Shown here: positions 1-11,788 of the stretch, piece after piece | How positions within the stretch are numbered: position 1 is the stretch's first letter | Layout of the letters: every line of letters starts with the position of its first letter | DNA from: Marsupella aquatica | Lineage: Eukaryota; Plantae; Marchantiophyta | Direction of reading: 5' to 3' | Length of the DNA stretch: 64,000 nucleotides | Assembly: GCA_973895155.1 (NCBI GenBank) | Contig: OZ316899.1 | Span: 8,683,241-8,747,240 of the forward strand | The notes under the pieces: generated by a model | Database searches by the model: none | Told to the model about the DNA's origin: nothing | The model's input: the letters and a program-made list of their open reading frames with translations, nothing else | Made by a program: the position numbers and the translations under genes

Positions 1-3000
1 TTTACTACAAAGGGAACATATGCGTACACTTAGTTGACACGACAGCCCTGGAATGCACAGGTTCAAGGCCGAGGGTGCACACTACAACAGAGCCCGGCTC
101 CGCACTCGCCCGACGAGCTTAGTCCTACCCCCTCCCCTTGGTACTTTGTCATTCCCAGAGGTCGGGACTCCCCGCATGTCCCGCGGATGTCCGACTCTGA
201 AACTAAAAACCCCCCCTCTACCTCTACCGAGGGGTGCACTAAATACTAAGAGCCGAGGAACGGGGTGTCCTCTCGCCAAAGATTCGCTGACTAAGGTCCT
301 AACTAAGCTGACAGTCAGGCCGGAAAACGGCTGTGTCTTATTAGAAGATCCTAATTTACGCAGGCTGGACAGCAGGGCAGCGTTGCTGTACCTAAGGCAG
401 GTGCCTGTCCCAAGAGCTTGACTAAGCCAATCCTAATCCTAATCTATTCCTACTCCGCCGCTAATGCCTGGCACGCTTGCCAGAGCCGCCCGAATGGGAA
501 CGGCCATCCCGCTGCCTTCGAAGCCTGTCATTGTCCGCCTTGAGGAGCTGGACCTGGTCCAGCAGAGATTCGTTCTCTCGCCTCGCCGCGTCCGTCTCCT
601 CTGCTGCCTCCTGACATGCCTCCTCCAGCTGCTGGGCGTCGCTTGTCAGTTTACTCGCCAGCTGGTCCTGCTTCTCGGCCTCGGTTTGGAGCCGCGCCAT
701 CTCGGCCTGCAGCGTGGCTATCTCCGTCGCGTCCCGCTGGGCTCGCTCCTCGGCCTCCTCCAGGTCTTTCTGCCAGGTGACAGCTTGTTTCTTCAAACTG
801 TCAATCTGGTTCCGGAGTCGTGTAATCTCGGCCTCGTTCCCAGCTTTGGCCTGTTCGGCTAGGGCGGTAAGAGCGTACGCCTTTGCTAACAACTCATCGG
901 CGGCTGCAACCTTGGGTCGTAGTTGCAGAAGCTCAGCCTCTTGAGCCGCCACTTCGTTCTTTAGGTACACGGACTCCACCCGGTACCGCTCTATCCTCTG
1001 AAGGGCCTCCGACTGGGCCCGACCTGCCTTTACGGCGGCAACCAACTCCTGATTGAAGAAACAGGCTACCTTCCGGGCCATGAACTCCCCGGTATCCCGG
1101 GCAATTTGATGAGAGAAATCTCCCAGAAGCCCGTTCAGAAACGTACCCTGTACGAAGAGTTCCGGGTGGTCCAAGTTGTGCCTGTCCGGATTTGGGCACG
1201 GGCAAACATCAACACGCGCAGGGGCCGGGGCAGTGACGTCCAGCCCTGGGGACATAACGTTGGAAGGGGCTGGAGTGTCCTCCTGCAGCGATGTCCGGTT
1301 CTCCGGAATTGCCACCGGCGGGTCCTTGGGAGACCCGGGTTCGGGTAAGACCTCTGCCGTACCAACTTCTGTACTTAGCCCGGCTAGTTGGGTCGCATCA
1401 ACGGTTGCAACGACCGACCCCTCCGGCGCCTCCTCGGTTACGATTACAGCTATTTATGGAGGTGGGGTGGGTGAAGCTGGCGTGTCCACTGGACTTCGGG
1501 CCTCGGGTTGGGGCCGTCTCTCCAATGCCGGAAAAACCCACCTAGCTGGGACCAGCCTTGTAACGTTGATGCGGGGAAGGGTTCGTCGATCAAACCGGGC
1601 GTACCACTCAAGAATGATTTCGATGTGGCTAGCGAAATACGCCTTCCCGCCAATGTACAGCGTCTTCCTTTCGCTCCATCTCTTCATGGAATTTCTTAGC
1701 GAAGTACGACGCCCATTTCCTAGGTCGATAGTTCTCGACCTGGATAACCTGGGCGGCGGAGATCTCCCCCCGGGGTTCCATCATGTGGAGAGCGTACCTC
1801 TGGAACTCCAGCCGCTCAGCTATCTCGGGCATGAGGCAGGTCCTCATCACGAACCCGTTGTCTACTGATCCCTCTGAGGGAAAACTTGAAGATTGGTACT
1901 TGGCCCCCTTGCCCCCGGGAGCCCGTGATTCGACTCGATGGTCACCTTCAGGTAACCCGAAGATCATCTTGAGCCGTTCTTCTGTGAGGGACATATTCCT
2001 TCCCCGCAGCCGAGTCTGTTGACGTACGTCGTCATAATTCTTGACGAATTCTGTCATGTCCTCCCCGTAGTACCTGCAAGTGTTCCAGGGGAGAGAGGCG
2101 AGGTGCTCAAATCCCTGAGTCTTCAGGTACACCGCATGCTTGGGATGGAGGATGTTGCTGTGAACGTTTTCCCCCATGCGATGCATCGTCACCTTGGCTA
2201 CGGCTACCGTGGCCAACGGTAACCCGGATGCAGTGGCGGATTCCTTCCTCTTCTTTCCCCGTGACTGACTCGGGGAAGGTGATACTTCCCCATCCTCCCG
2301 ATCGGGCCTGGGGAGTGCCACTGCGGTTGGTAACGGGCCCGGGGCGGCCACGGTCACCATGTTGTCTGTTGGGGCCGCTCCTGGGGTCAGAGCAGGGGGT
2401 GGGGACGATATAGTGTCGGCCCCCCGAGCGCTTGTTCCTCTGGGCCGCCTGGTCAAGGGTGGGGTAGCCTCGTCGTCATCGCTAAGATCCACAGCGTTGA
2501 TGACGGAGCGTACCTGTGCTGGCTGGGTGATAGGTGGTGGGGTTTGGCTAGGCTGCGGCTGAGGCTGAAGCTGAAGCTGAGGTTGAGGCTGAAGCTGAGG
2601 TTGCATGGGCACGGGTACGGGTACGGGCCCGGCTGAGTTGGTCATGTTGGTTGATGGCCGAGTTCCCATGAAGCTCTATAGGTGCTGGTAGAAGTTCTCC
2701 GAAGCGAGTGCGGACGCCCTTGTCGAACGGTTGGTACTGGACTCACCGTTAATGACAGCCCAAACCTGGGCAGGGATGTGGTCGAAGTGATGTCGCTGCA
2801 GGTCGATTGTACCCGGGATATTGAAGACCTCGTCCGGAAGCCGAAGCAATGCTTCCCAGAACCCGATATATTTGTCTCCGTTGAAGAAGTACCCAGATAC
2901 CTCAGCTGGTCGGTAAAGCTCGCTCTGAGACGGGTAGTCAAAGTTAAGGACGTAGTGGTGTCGTCCTGCTAGGCGGATGGCTCTCTCGTATTCGCGTTCG

Positions 3001-3579
3001 ATCTCGTATCGGCGCGGGTTGGCGTGTTTCAATGAATCGGCCAAGTGCCTTCCGGTAGATAGGAACTGCGTCCAGAATCGAATGGCCGAGCTGGAGAGGA
3101 TCGTGTGCGACATTCAGAGGAGATAGTAGTGGCCACCTAGAGAGAACGAGAGAGCTGGGGTCGAAGCTGGCGCGCGGACTGATGGACTGGTGCACTACAA
3201 AGGGTTGGCTCCCCTTTTATACTTTGAGGGCTTGTCGATCCCCGACGTCTCCTTGACGCCCATAGGTTGAACCGCTCACGCTTGTGGTGTACCGGCCACT
3301 CCGCCGGTCTGAGTCAACGTGCGTCAGTGGCCGTTTCCTTAAGTTCGTTATACGGACCCGAGGGAGGGGCCCCTCCACGCTCGTAACCCGGGTGTGCGAA
3401 TAGCGACCCACCGCCAGCCCGAACCTGAAGTCCCCCTTATTGCCTAATGATGTCCTACCCCTAATGATTACCTAAATACTGTCGTTATGCTAATAATAGC
3501 GGCCTAAGACCCACCTAACGCGCGTGCCGAACGCAGTTAGACTGAATCACTCATTAACCGCCGTACCGGCGGTGTCACA
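1..3579 (-). repeat. 3' LTR of Gypsy-1 (partial; about 440 bp expected left of the window)
   Basis: Matches 10102-13680 with substitutions only. Identity stops exactly after GTCACA at 3579, which reads TGTGAC on the minus strand. Confidence 0.93.
461..3113 (-). pseudogene. 3'-LTR copy of the LTR-encoded ORF-A/ORF-B, each broken by one nonsense change
   Basis: Same peptides as 10562-13214, but CAG>TAG at 2676-2678 and CAA>TAA at 1454-1456. Confidence 0.85.
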
Positions 3580-6500
3580 TAGCTCCCTGCTTAATTGTGA
3601 AGCGTCCTCGCGAACATCGCTATCGGCGTCGTCATCTTGATGGTGGTACTTTTTTACATGATCGTAGCTGATTCGCGTGGGGAGTAAATCGCCGGCATAC
3701 GTCGCAAGCTCCAAAGATCCGTTTCGGTAGATCTGATTGACAAGGAAGGGCCCCAACCACCGGGTATGCAGCTTCCCTGGAAACTGCATGTACCTACTAT
3801 CGTACAGAAGGACTAGATCGCCTGCCACGACGTCGACCCTCCGTAGTCCTTTGTCGTGCTGCTTCTTCGAAGTTGCCTGTTTCTTCACGGTGTGTCGAGC
3901 TGCCAGTAGCCGTGCTTCTTCCAAGGCTTCAATCTGATAAGCTCGGTCTGACAGACTTTCAGATTCAGGTAGCGATCCCGAATGCTGACCCGTGGAGTGT
4001 GCACTTCAAATTCGACGGGCACCAACGAATGTTGGCCGAACACCAGAAAGTACGGGCTGTGACTCGTAGTAGTTTTGTAAGCTAGATTATACGAGTACAC
4101 CGCCGCGTACAACTTATCATCCCAATCCGTTTTGTGCGCAGCTACAGTTTTGTTGAGGATCTTCCCAATGATACCATTTGCTCTCTCCGCCATCCCGTTG
4201 GCTTCAGGATGATATGGGGTAGTCTTGCGGTGCTTGACTAGGTAACGCTCCGTAAGCTGGGCTACGGTGTCATTGAGGAAGTGGGTTCCACGGTCGCTTA
4301 CCAATTCTAAGGGCGGTCCGAATCGGGTGAAAATCTGTTCGTATAAGAATCTGGCACTGGTTGCGGCGTCGTCCTTTACCGTAGCCCGCGCTTCGACCCA
4401 TTTGGTGGAGTAATCAATAGCTAATAGGATGTACCTGCACCTTCGCCTTCGGGTAACGGGAGTGAACGGTCCGATATAATCAATTCCCCATTTTTCGAAT
4501 GGTGCCAATGGAAGCACAGATGTGAGCGGGTGATGATGAGCCCGCCTCGGGGCCCCCGCTCGCTGACACAAGTCACAGCCCTTAATGAAGCGCTGTACAT
4601 CCCGATGCAACGTAGGCCACCAATACCCCGAGTCCAGAATCTTTCGGGCTGTCGTAACTGCCGCGAAATGGCCTCCAGCTTCTTCTTCATGCAGGGCCCG
4701 TATCACGATAAGTGTCTCCTTATACTCTAAGCAGCGTCGTAACTTTCCGTTAATACCTTCCTTATGTAGGTGACCCTGTATCATGACGTAAGGCCCGGCT
4801 TTCCGTAAAAACACAGCGGCGGCCTCCTGATTGATGCCGTCAGGGATGCGGCCCGTTAAAAGGAAGGTGATTATTGAGCCGTACCACGTTGGTGTCCCTT
4901 CCCCCACGTGGAACAACTCCTCATCCGGAAAAATATCATCAATTGGCTGATCGACTGGTACGCCGTCCAGTTGTGAAAAGAAATCGGCATTGAGGTGTAC
5001 CCTTCCTGGCCGAACCCGAACTTCGTAATTAAATTCCTGGAGAAGTAGCACCCACCGGGCTATCCATCCTGTCACATCCGCTTTGTTGACCATGTACTTC
5101 AGGCTATCATGATCCATGTGGAAAATGACCTTGTAGCCTAGCAGATAGTGTCGGAACTTTTTACACGAGTAGATTATTCCCAAAGCTTCTCGATCAGTGG
5201 GGGAATAATTCTTTTCGGCTGCAAATAGTTGACGGCTAGCGAAATAGATGGGGTGATCACGTCCATCCTCATCTAGCTGACTAAGTACGGATCCGATACA
5301 GAACCCTTACACATCGACATACACGTGGAACTCCTTATTCCAGTCTGGGGTGACCATGATAGGCGCGGTGGTGAGTCGTTTACGGAGTTCCTCAAAAGCA
5401 ATCCGTCTTCGGGGTGTCTCCTTGACCGCTGCGTCCTTCTTCATCATCTCAGTTAAGGGCAACGCAATTTTAGCAAAGTCTTTAATGAACCGGCGGTAAT
5501 ACCCTACGCAGCCCAAGAAGGATCGTACTGCTTTTTGATCCAAGGGGAACACCACCGCCATCCAGGCCGCAACTTTCTCTTGGTCCACCTCAATGCCCCG
5601 TTTGGACACACGATGCCCGAGTAACACCCCCTCCTCTACCCCGAAGAAGCATTTGGCGGGATGTAGTTTGAGGTTAACATCTCGGCATCGTTGCAACGTT
5701 CGTCGTAGGTGTTCGGGGTGCATGGCAACGGTTCCGAAGATGGCAAAGTCATCGATAAATATCTCCAAAAATTCCCGTAGGAAATCGTGGAAGATATTCA
5801 TCATAAGGCGCTGAAACATAGCCGGGGCGTTACACAGACCAAAAGGCATCCTCCGAAATGCGAACGTTCCCCACTCCGTAGTGAAAGTTGTTTTGAGCTG
5901 ATCCGCGAGACGAATCCAGATTTGGTTATAACCTGAATACCCGTCAAGAAATGTATAGATTTCATTTCGGGCCACCATATCTAGAACCATATCCGTGAAT
6001 GGTAATGGGTAATGGTCTTTTCGGGTTGCATCATTCAGCTTACGGTAGTCCTGACAGATACGAATCTTAGGTTTTCCATCCGTACCTCCCTTCTTTGGTA
6101 CAATGACAATGGGAGAGACCCAGTCGCTGGCCATTACCGGGTAAATGATATCGGCGGCGAGGAGACGATCAATTTCCTCCTTCACTAAGATGGAGTACCT
6201 CGGATTCATGCGACGTTGTCGCTGTCGTACCGCATGGGCTCCTAGGTTCAGATCGATTGTGTGTTCTCCCAACTCGGGGGAGATGCCTATTAAATCATGA
6301 TGACTCCATGCAAACACATCTTCATATTCCTTGAGCAAAGCTTGGATGGATTTTTCAGCCTTCCCCGTCAGAGCGTGGCCCAGGTTAAAAGATTTGTCCA
6401 TCCCAATAGTGTACTTCCGGTAGTGCTCCTTCCTGATGACTTCAACCTGGTTTCGCAGACTCGGGTCCAGGCTCGCGTCAAGCTCAGCTAACCGAACCCC

Positions 6501-9500
6501 TCCGTACATGGGTGGGACCGGGATTGGTCTCGGGATGGGGTTTACTTCCTCCAATTGCGGAATGGACGGATCCCATGAGACTCGCTTTTTATGTCTCGGT
6601 CTCGAGTTTTTGGCCTCAGGCGGTTGTTGGGCTGGTTCATGGTTACGAGGCTCTGAAATGGAAGGAGTAGCCTCGGCTCCCTGCTTAGCTGGAGCCGTGT
6701 CCTCCGTCTCGACGAGTTGTTCGTGCGTTTCCTCATCCCCGACAGTAGATGTACTTGGGGTGGACTCAATGGCAGCCCTCGGGTAATTTAGGAGATGTGT
6801 TTCTCGGGTTGCTTCAACTCCGAAGACATCTTCCTCGGATAGGGACGAGATGAGTTCGATCATATTGAGTTCCTCTTCCTCCGAGGTCTCCGAATCATAT
6901 TCATCGGGTCCTTGTGGGGTTTCTCCTTGATAATCGTCCATTGCCCAGGATACCCGTACGGTGGGTTCCCCGAACCGTAGCTCCTTCTTTCCCCAATCCG
7001 TGACTACGCGGCCACCGTACAACCACGGCCTGCCCAGAAGAACCGGATAAGAGGAGGGACGAACCGGCCTCATGACTAAGAAGTTGAGATAGAACTCTAC
7101 CCCTCCCACCAGAGTGAGCACTCGTGTGAGCGTGCCTAATGGGAGGACCCTTGCCCCGTTTGCTAATCTGATAGCTCGGGCCGTGGGTTGATACGTGAGG
7201 TATCCTAACTTGACTGACGTTTCTTCAGTCATGATGTTGACTCCCGCTCCTCCGTCTACAAGAACCATCTTGATGGTACAGTTATTAATTTCGATCGAGA
7301 TGTCCGGCGCTCCAAGGTCCTCGCATATCATGTTGCAGTCCGCACTCCCAACTCGGGGTAGTCTCCTCCTTCGGCGACCCATGAGCAACTCCCTCAGTTG
7401 TCGTCTGTACTGTGGGTTGTTCTGCAGCAGTTGCCCCACTGTCGCTGTAACCGGGCAACTCTTCACGTCCTCCTTAATATCATAGTCCTCCTTTGTTTCT
7501 TTCGTTGGCTGCTGCTTGGCTTCCTCTTGTTTATCTTGCTTTTCTTGCTCCTGACGCCGGGCTGTCTCGGCTGCTTTGATGTCCTTATCGATTGCCTTCT
7601 GGTATTCCCGAGCTTCGTAAGCCTCCAGCTGTTTCTTTACCAATTCTTCGATGCGGGGGAAAAACAGCTTCGGGTCGTCCCGTCGGTAGTCATCGTCCTT
7701 TTCCGGGGGTATATTTATCGCTGGCTGGACCGGAGTAGTATCTTGCTTTTTCCTCCGTTTCTCCTCCATCTTTTCTTCCTTCCGTTCGGCCCTTGTCGAC
7801 ACTCGGTAGCACTCGGCCTCATCCAATGGATTAGGGTGTTCCGCCACGTCCACCAGATTCACCCACTCGGTGTTGTCATCTTGCCATTCTACAGCAATCA
7901 TTTGGACGACTGCATCGCTCGTGACTGGTCCAGCCTGGGCCGGTCTAGCCGCACTCGTTCGAGCAGCGATTACCAACGGATAGTTGGCCGTGGAATGAGC
8001 CTCCGTTTTGCAAACTTGACATAGTGGGGTGCCTCGGCCATCTCCCTGACGTCTTGGTTCGGTGCATTCCCTCGCAAAGTGTCCTGGCTTTTCACAGTTG
8101 TAACAAACCGGGGACCGCCAAATCCCTGGCTTAGGAGGGATGCTCGGGTTATTGATAACCTGGAAACTCCGGCCATTACTTGGGTAGGGGTACGCAGTTC
8201 TACCCGCTAAATTACGCGGTCCTACCGTTGAAATCTGGTACACGGAATCAGGAGGGTCCTCAAAGAAATACTCCGTGGACTCCGATTCGGGGCCCGGGTT
8301 GTCAACATCATCCAGCTCTACTTGGTGAACTCGGTTCTTCCACCTTGGGCATTCCTGCACCACATGGCCGGATTGGAAGCACTTTGAACACCACGCATGG
8401 GCTCGAATCTCAGATGGCTTCTTCTTCTCCACCGGCTTCTCCGCAAGATGTACTGACAGTGCTTTGAGTCGATCCGTGATTTCGTTCAGCTTGTCTGCTT
8501 CGGCAGCCTTTGGATCTGGTAGCGTTCTTCGCGCCCGAGGTTTAATCTTCCCCTCCTTCTTCACTCGTCTCTTCTTCTTTTTGCTCCGGCTTTCGCTCTC
8601 CAAGTCACTTCCTGATGAACTGGAGGTAGAGGATCCGATGCTTGAAGCTGAATCCGAACTGGATTCCGTCTCGGAGCTGGACGAGGTCGAACGATGTTTC
8701 TTCTTCTTCTTGTGTTTCTTCTTCCTCTCGTCGTCCGATTTGGAGTCACTGTCACTGAAGGTTTCGTACTTACCCTTCCTGCGGCGTGCTCGCTGGCTCC
8801 GCCGGGAGTTATAGGTGGACTCCCGGTAAGTTTCGGCGCACGCTATGGCCGCCTGCATTGAAATTGGATTATTCTGGCGTACCCAGAATTGCATATTCGT
8901 GGGCAAACCATGAAGGAACCATGTAAGCTGGAGCGCGTCTCCTGGCCTGGGCCGGATCTTGGCCGCAAGTTTCTGAAACTTCTGAATGAACTTCCGCAGG
9001 GACTCTTTTTTTCCCATGCGAAGCTGGCCAATCTTTAATAGAGAACGCTGTTCTGATCCAATGGCACGAAACTCCTGCAGCAATCCAGCTTGGAATTGTG
9101 CCCAGGTAGTCCCGGGTGGTAACGAGTTGTACCATGGACGAGCTTCTCCCCGCATCACTCCCGGGAGGACGGTTAGCTTAATGGCGTCTTCCCCATTAGC
9201 TTTAGCAGTGGCTTCAAACTCATCCAACCATTCATCCGGATCATCCCCATGACGCCCTTTGAAAGGTCGATAATGAAATCGCGATCGTTGCGATATTTGT
9301 GGAGGCGCCTGAGCAGCGCGGGCCACCGGTGGAGCGGCTGCCATAGGTGGTGGTGGTGGTGGTGGTGGAACCGCAGCAGGGCCGGTCGAACCGGACCCCG
9401 AAGATCCCGGGGGTATGTTCATACGTCGGGATGATTGCGAGTCCTCCGAGCCCGACGAGTCGGAGCTTGTTGTGGTTGCACTTTCTCGTTCGCTGGTCAA

Positions 9501-9539
9501 TCTCCTCAAGTAAGCTGCTTGAGAATGAGTGACGGGCAT
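3547..9539 (-). pseudogene. gag-pol: gag-pol polyprotein of Gypsy-1 (single frame; one in-frame stop at 5307-5309 and one frameshift near 3920-3960)
   Basis: Retrotrans-gag region, zinc knuckles CSKC..GH....C and CYNC..GH....C, protease LVDGGAGVN, RT FIDD with MPFGLCNAP, RNase H, integrase HHCC, WGIDYIGP, SDRG, ANGMAE and a C-terminal WLGPF module. 5307..9539 and 3885..5183 share a frame. Confidence 0.95.
3580..3592 (-). promoter_or_regulatory. Short polypurine-tract-like primer site of Gypsy-1
   Basis: AAGCAGGGAGCTA immediately before the TG of the 3' LTR. Gypsy-2 has AAGTGGGAGCTA at the same position (51065-51076). Confidence 0.65.
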
Positions 9540-9632
9540 TTACTCATATAAATGCAATGGTTAGTACTACGTCCTGATGTATCCTGCCTAGGTGAATACG
9601 CACATGTCTCCCCTCTACAATATGTAGAGTGC

Positions 9633-9650
9633 CCCCTCCATCTAGCGCCA
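9633..9650 (-). promoter_or_regulatory. Primer-binding site of Gypsy-1, probably tRNA-Asn(GUU)
   Basis: TGGCGCTAGATGGAGGGG is one mismatch from the complement of the plant cytosolic tRNA-Asn 3' end as I recall it (CCCCTCCTTCTAGCGCCA). It lies 12 nt from the LTR; the identical 18-mer is in Gypsy-2. Confidence 0.75.
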
Positions 9651-10561
9651 AAACAAAGGCTATGTCACGTCGTAGGCTTCGGCCTTAACTCAAACTTCAG
9701 CTTAGACGGGCACATCCCTCGTAAATCTGAGGGTTCGGGCAGGAAGGGAAGCACGTAATGCACCTTATTCTCGTAAACTAGCGCTAAGTGCGCATACTGC
9801 TAAATACGAACACCTCCTAGGTATGGTTTGTGTTCCGCCGCCGGAACGTACCTTAGTCGATAGCAGGATCGACCCCGGCTTAAGGGCTTCTAAGCCTTCG
9901 TGCTGTCCGCCTTCGATCCGGATTCGATGATACAGGTCCTCAACCCGTGCTCGCAACCACTTACCCGCAGGCTGCACCCTGTGCACGTCTCGGGTAGTGC
10001 GTTCGGCCTGGCGCTGCCACCCATATACGAGAAACCCACACACATATGCGCACACATGCATACAATCTCGATTTACACGAAGGAAAATGATGGGAAAGGA
10101 TTTTACTACAAAGGGAACATATGCGTACACTTAGTTGACACGACAGCCCTGGAATGCACAGGTTCAAGGCCGAGGGTGCACACTACAACGGAGCCCGGCT
10201 CCGCACTCGCCCGGCGAGCTTAGTCCTACCCCCTCCCCTTGGTACTCTGTCATTCCCAGAGGTCGGGACTCCCCGCATGTCCCGCGGATGTCCGACTCTG
10301 AAACTAAAAACCCCCCCTCTGCCTCTACCGAGGGGTGCACTAAATACTAAGAGCCGAGGAACGGGGTGTCCTCTCGCCGAAGATTCGCTGACTAAGGTCC
10401 TAACTAAGCTGACAGTCAGGCCGGAAAATGGCTGTGTCTTATTAGAAGATCCTAATTTACGCAGGCTGGATAGCAGGGCAGCGCTGCTGTACCTAAGGCA
10501 GGTGCCTGTCCCAAGAGCCTGACTAAGCCAATCCTAATCCTAATCTATTCCTACTCCGCCG

Positions 10562-11788
10562 CTAATGCCTGGCACGCTTGCCAGAGCCGCCCGAATGGGA
10601 ACGGCCATCCCGCTGCCTTCGAAGCCTGTCATTGTCCGCCTTGAGGAGCTGGACCTGGTCCAGCAGAGATTTGTTCTCTCGCCTCGCCGCGTTCGTCTCC
10701 TCTGCTGCCTCCTGACATGCCTCCTCCAGCTGCTGGGCGTCGCTCGTCAGTTTACTCGCCAGCTGGTCCTGCTTCTCGGCCTCGGTTTGGAGCCGCGCCA
10801 TCTCGGCCTGCAGCGTGGCTATCTCCGTCGCGTCCCACTGGGCTCGCTCCTCGGCCTCCTCCAGGTCTTTCTGCCAGGTGACAGCTTGTTTCTTCAAACT
10901 GTCAATCTGGTTCCGGAGTCGTGTAATCTCGGCCTCGTTCCCAGCTTTGGCCTGTTCGGCTAGGGTGGTAAGAGCGTACGCCTTTGCTAACAACTCATCG
11001 GCGGCTGCAACCTTGGGTCGTAGTTGCAAAAGCTCAGCCTCTTGAGCCGCCACTTCGTTCTTTAGGTACACGGACTCCACCCGGTACCGCTCTATCCTCT
11101 GAAGGGCCTCCGACTGGGCCCGACCTGCCTTTACGGCGGCAACCAACTCCTGATTGAAGAAACAGGCTACCTTCCGGGCCATGAACTCCCCGGTATCCCG
11201 GGCAATTTGATGAGAGAAATCTCCCAGAAGCCCGTTCAGAAACGTACCCTGTACGAAGAGTTCCGGGTGGTCCAAGTTGTGCCTGTCCGGATTTGGGCAC
11301 GGGCAGACATCAACACGCGCAGGGGCCGGGGCAGTGACGTCCAGCCCTAGGGACATAACGTTGGAAGGGGCTGGAGTGTCCTCCTGCAGCGATGTCCGGT
11401 TCTCCGGAATTGCCACCGGCGGGTCCTTGGGAGACCCAGGTTCGGGTAAGACCTCTGCCGTACCAACTTCTGTACTTAGCCCGGCTAGTTGGGTCGCATC
11501 AACGGTTGCAACGACCGACCCCTCCGGCGCCTCCTCGGTTACGATTACAGCTATTTGTGGAGGTGGGGTGGGTGAAGCTGGCGTGTCCACTGGACTTCGG
11601 GCCTCGGGTTGGGGCCGTCTCTCCAATGCCGGAAAAACCCACCTAGCTGGGACCAGCCTTGTAACGTTGATGCGGGGAAGGGTTCGTCGATCAAACCGGG
11701 CGTACCACTCAAGAATGATTTCGATGTGGCTAGCGAAATACGCCTTCCCGCCAATGTACAGCGTCTTCCTTCTGCTCCATCTCTTCAT
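10562..11788 (-). CDS. LTR-encoded ORF-B, 408 aa, long coiled-coil with basic C-terminus; probably the frameshifted continuation of ORF-A
   Basis: Open 1.2-kb frame overlapping ORF-A by 59 nt, with an E/A/Q/L-rich heptad region, ending GSGKRARH. Confidence 0.7.
   Translation of the reverse strand: MKRWSRRKTLYIGGKAYFASHIEIILEWYARFDRRTLPRINVTRLVPARWVFPALERRPQPEARSPVDTPASPTPPPQIAVIVTEEAPEGSVVATVDATQLAGLSTEVGTAEVLPEPGSPKDPPVAIPENRTSLQEDTPAPSNVMSLGLDVTAPAPARVDVCPCPNPDRHNLDHPELFVQGTFLNGLLGDFSHQIARDTGEFMARKVACFFNQELVAAVKAGRAQSEALQRIERYRVESVYLKNEVAAQEAELLQLRPKVAAADELLAKAYALTTLAEQAKAGNEAEITRLRNQIDSLKKQAVTWQKDLEEAEERAQWDATEIATLQAEMARLQTEAEKQDQLASKLTSDAQQLEEACQEAAEETNAARRENKSLLDQVQLLKADNDRLRRQRDGRSHSGGSGKRARH

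Noticed and set aside
464-9532. Many plus-strand ORFs over Gypsy-1
   Set aside because: Antisense shadows of GC-rich minus-strand coding sequence.
9643-9650. TAGCGCCA half-site in the Gypsy PBS (also 59775-59782) matching the transposon palindrome
   Set aside because: Explained by tRNA 3'-end complementarity; only a half site.
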